60,233 nt of DNA from Carcharhinus longimanus (lineage: Eukaryota): positions 17,589,996-17,650,228 of the forward strand of contig JASCQW010000139.1 in assembly GCA_030264375.1 (NCBI GenBank), in the 5' to 3' direction. The stretch's first letter is position 1. Every line of letters begins with the position of its first letter. The notes under the pieces were generated by a model that saw nothing but the letters and a program-made list of their open reading frames with translations, was not told the DNA's origin and made no database searches. Below are positions 59,795 to 60,233 of the stretch, piece after piece. Both the position numbers and the translations under genes were made by a program.

Positions 59795-60233
59795 GCCCCC
59801 CCCGCCCTCCTCTAATCCTGCTATTCTTTCTAAGCAGGAAGAATCTCTCTACCTCCACCCTATCTATCCCCTTCATTGTCTTATATGTCTCTATAAGATG
59901 CCCCCTCAGCCTTCTAAACTCCAACGAGTACAGACCCAGTCTATTTGATTTCTCTTCATAGGCTAAGCCCCTCATCTCCGGTATCAGCTTAGTGAACCTT
60001 CTCTGCACTCCCTCCACGGCCAATATATCCTTCCGCAAGTGCGGCAACCAAAACGGCACACAGTACTCCAGTTGCAGCCTCACCAGTACCCTATACAGTT
60101 GCAGCAAGACCTCCCTGCTTTTATATTCTATCCCCCTCGCTATAAAGGCCAGCATACCATTTGCCTTCTTGATCACCTGCTGCACCTGCAGACTGGGTTT
60201 TTGCGACTCATGCACAAGGACCCCCAGGTCCCT
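59795..60233 (-). mobile_element. Young CR1-type ORF2 C-terminal region, running off the window
   Basis: Open frame QVQQVIKKANGMLAFIARGIEYKSREVLLQLYRVLVR..LEYCV.FW.PHLRKDILAVEGVQRRFTKLIP. Confidence 0.9.

Larger units (their letters stand above)
11792..60233 (-). other. GIT1: Large intron of GIT1 (probable first coding intron, at least 48 kb, 5' end outside the window)
   Basis: The exon at 11791 starts in phase 1 and needs an upstream exon carrying the first CxxC. I found no such exon or CpG island in the window; the region is repeat-dominated. Confidence 0.75.

Noticed and set aside
1-60233. CRISPR array, operon or other prokaryotic/viral system
   Set aside because: No regularly spaced repeat-spacer array and no dense long ORFs; the sequence is spliced-gene vertebrate DNA.

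Overview
This is vertebrate genomic DNA, most likely from a shark or other elasmobranch (inferred from HE1/V-SINE-like SINEs, Deu-domain SINE relics and abundant CR1-type LINEs). The only host gene I can support is GIT1 (ArfGAP), on the minus strand. Three consecutive coding exons (11791-11658, 2159-2047, 1594-1489) have GT-AG boundaries and splice in frame. The first coding exon was not found and probably lies beyond 60233, so 11792-60233 appears to be one intron of at least 48 kb. The rest is layered retroelement debris: CR1, L2-like, Rex1/Babar-like, one Vingi-like LINE, Penelope-like elements (PLEs) and SINEs, with assembly gaps mostly in young repeats. The most notable signals are: (1) a candidate recursive-splice site (CAG|GTGAGT) with a 48-nt stop-containing RS-exon deep in the long intron; (2) minimal hammerhead-ribozyme motifs in three different PLE-type termini, including fold-back mini-elements with target-site duplications (TSDs) and a 615-bp element with a decayed hammerhead in each inverted end; (3) a ~480-bp-arm inverted duplication; (4) a two-piece locally templated insertion. 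All repeat family assignments come from motif recognition by eye, not from database searches, and repeat boundaries are approximate.
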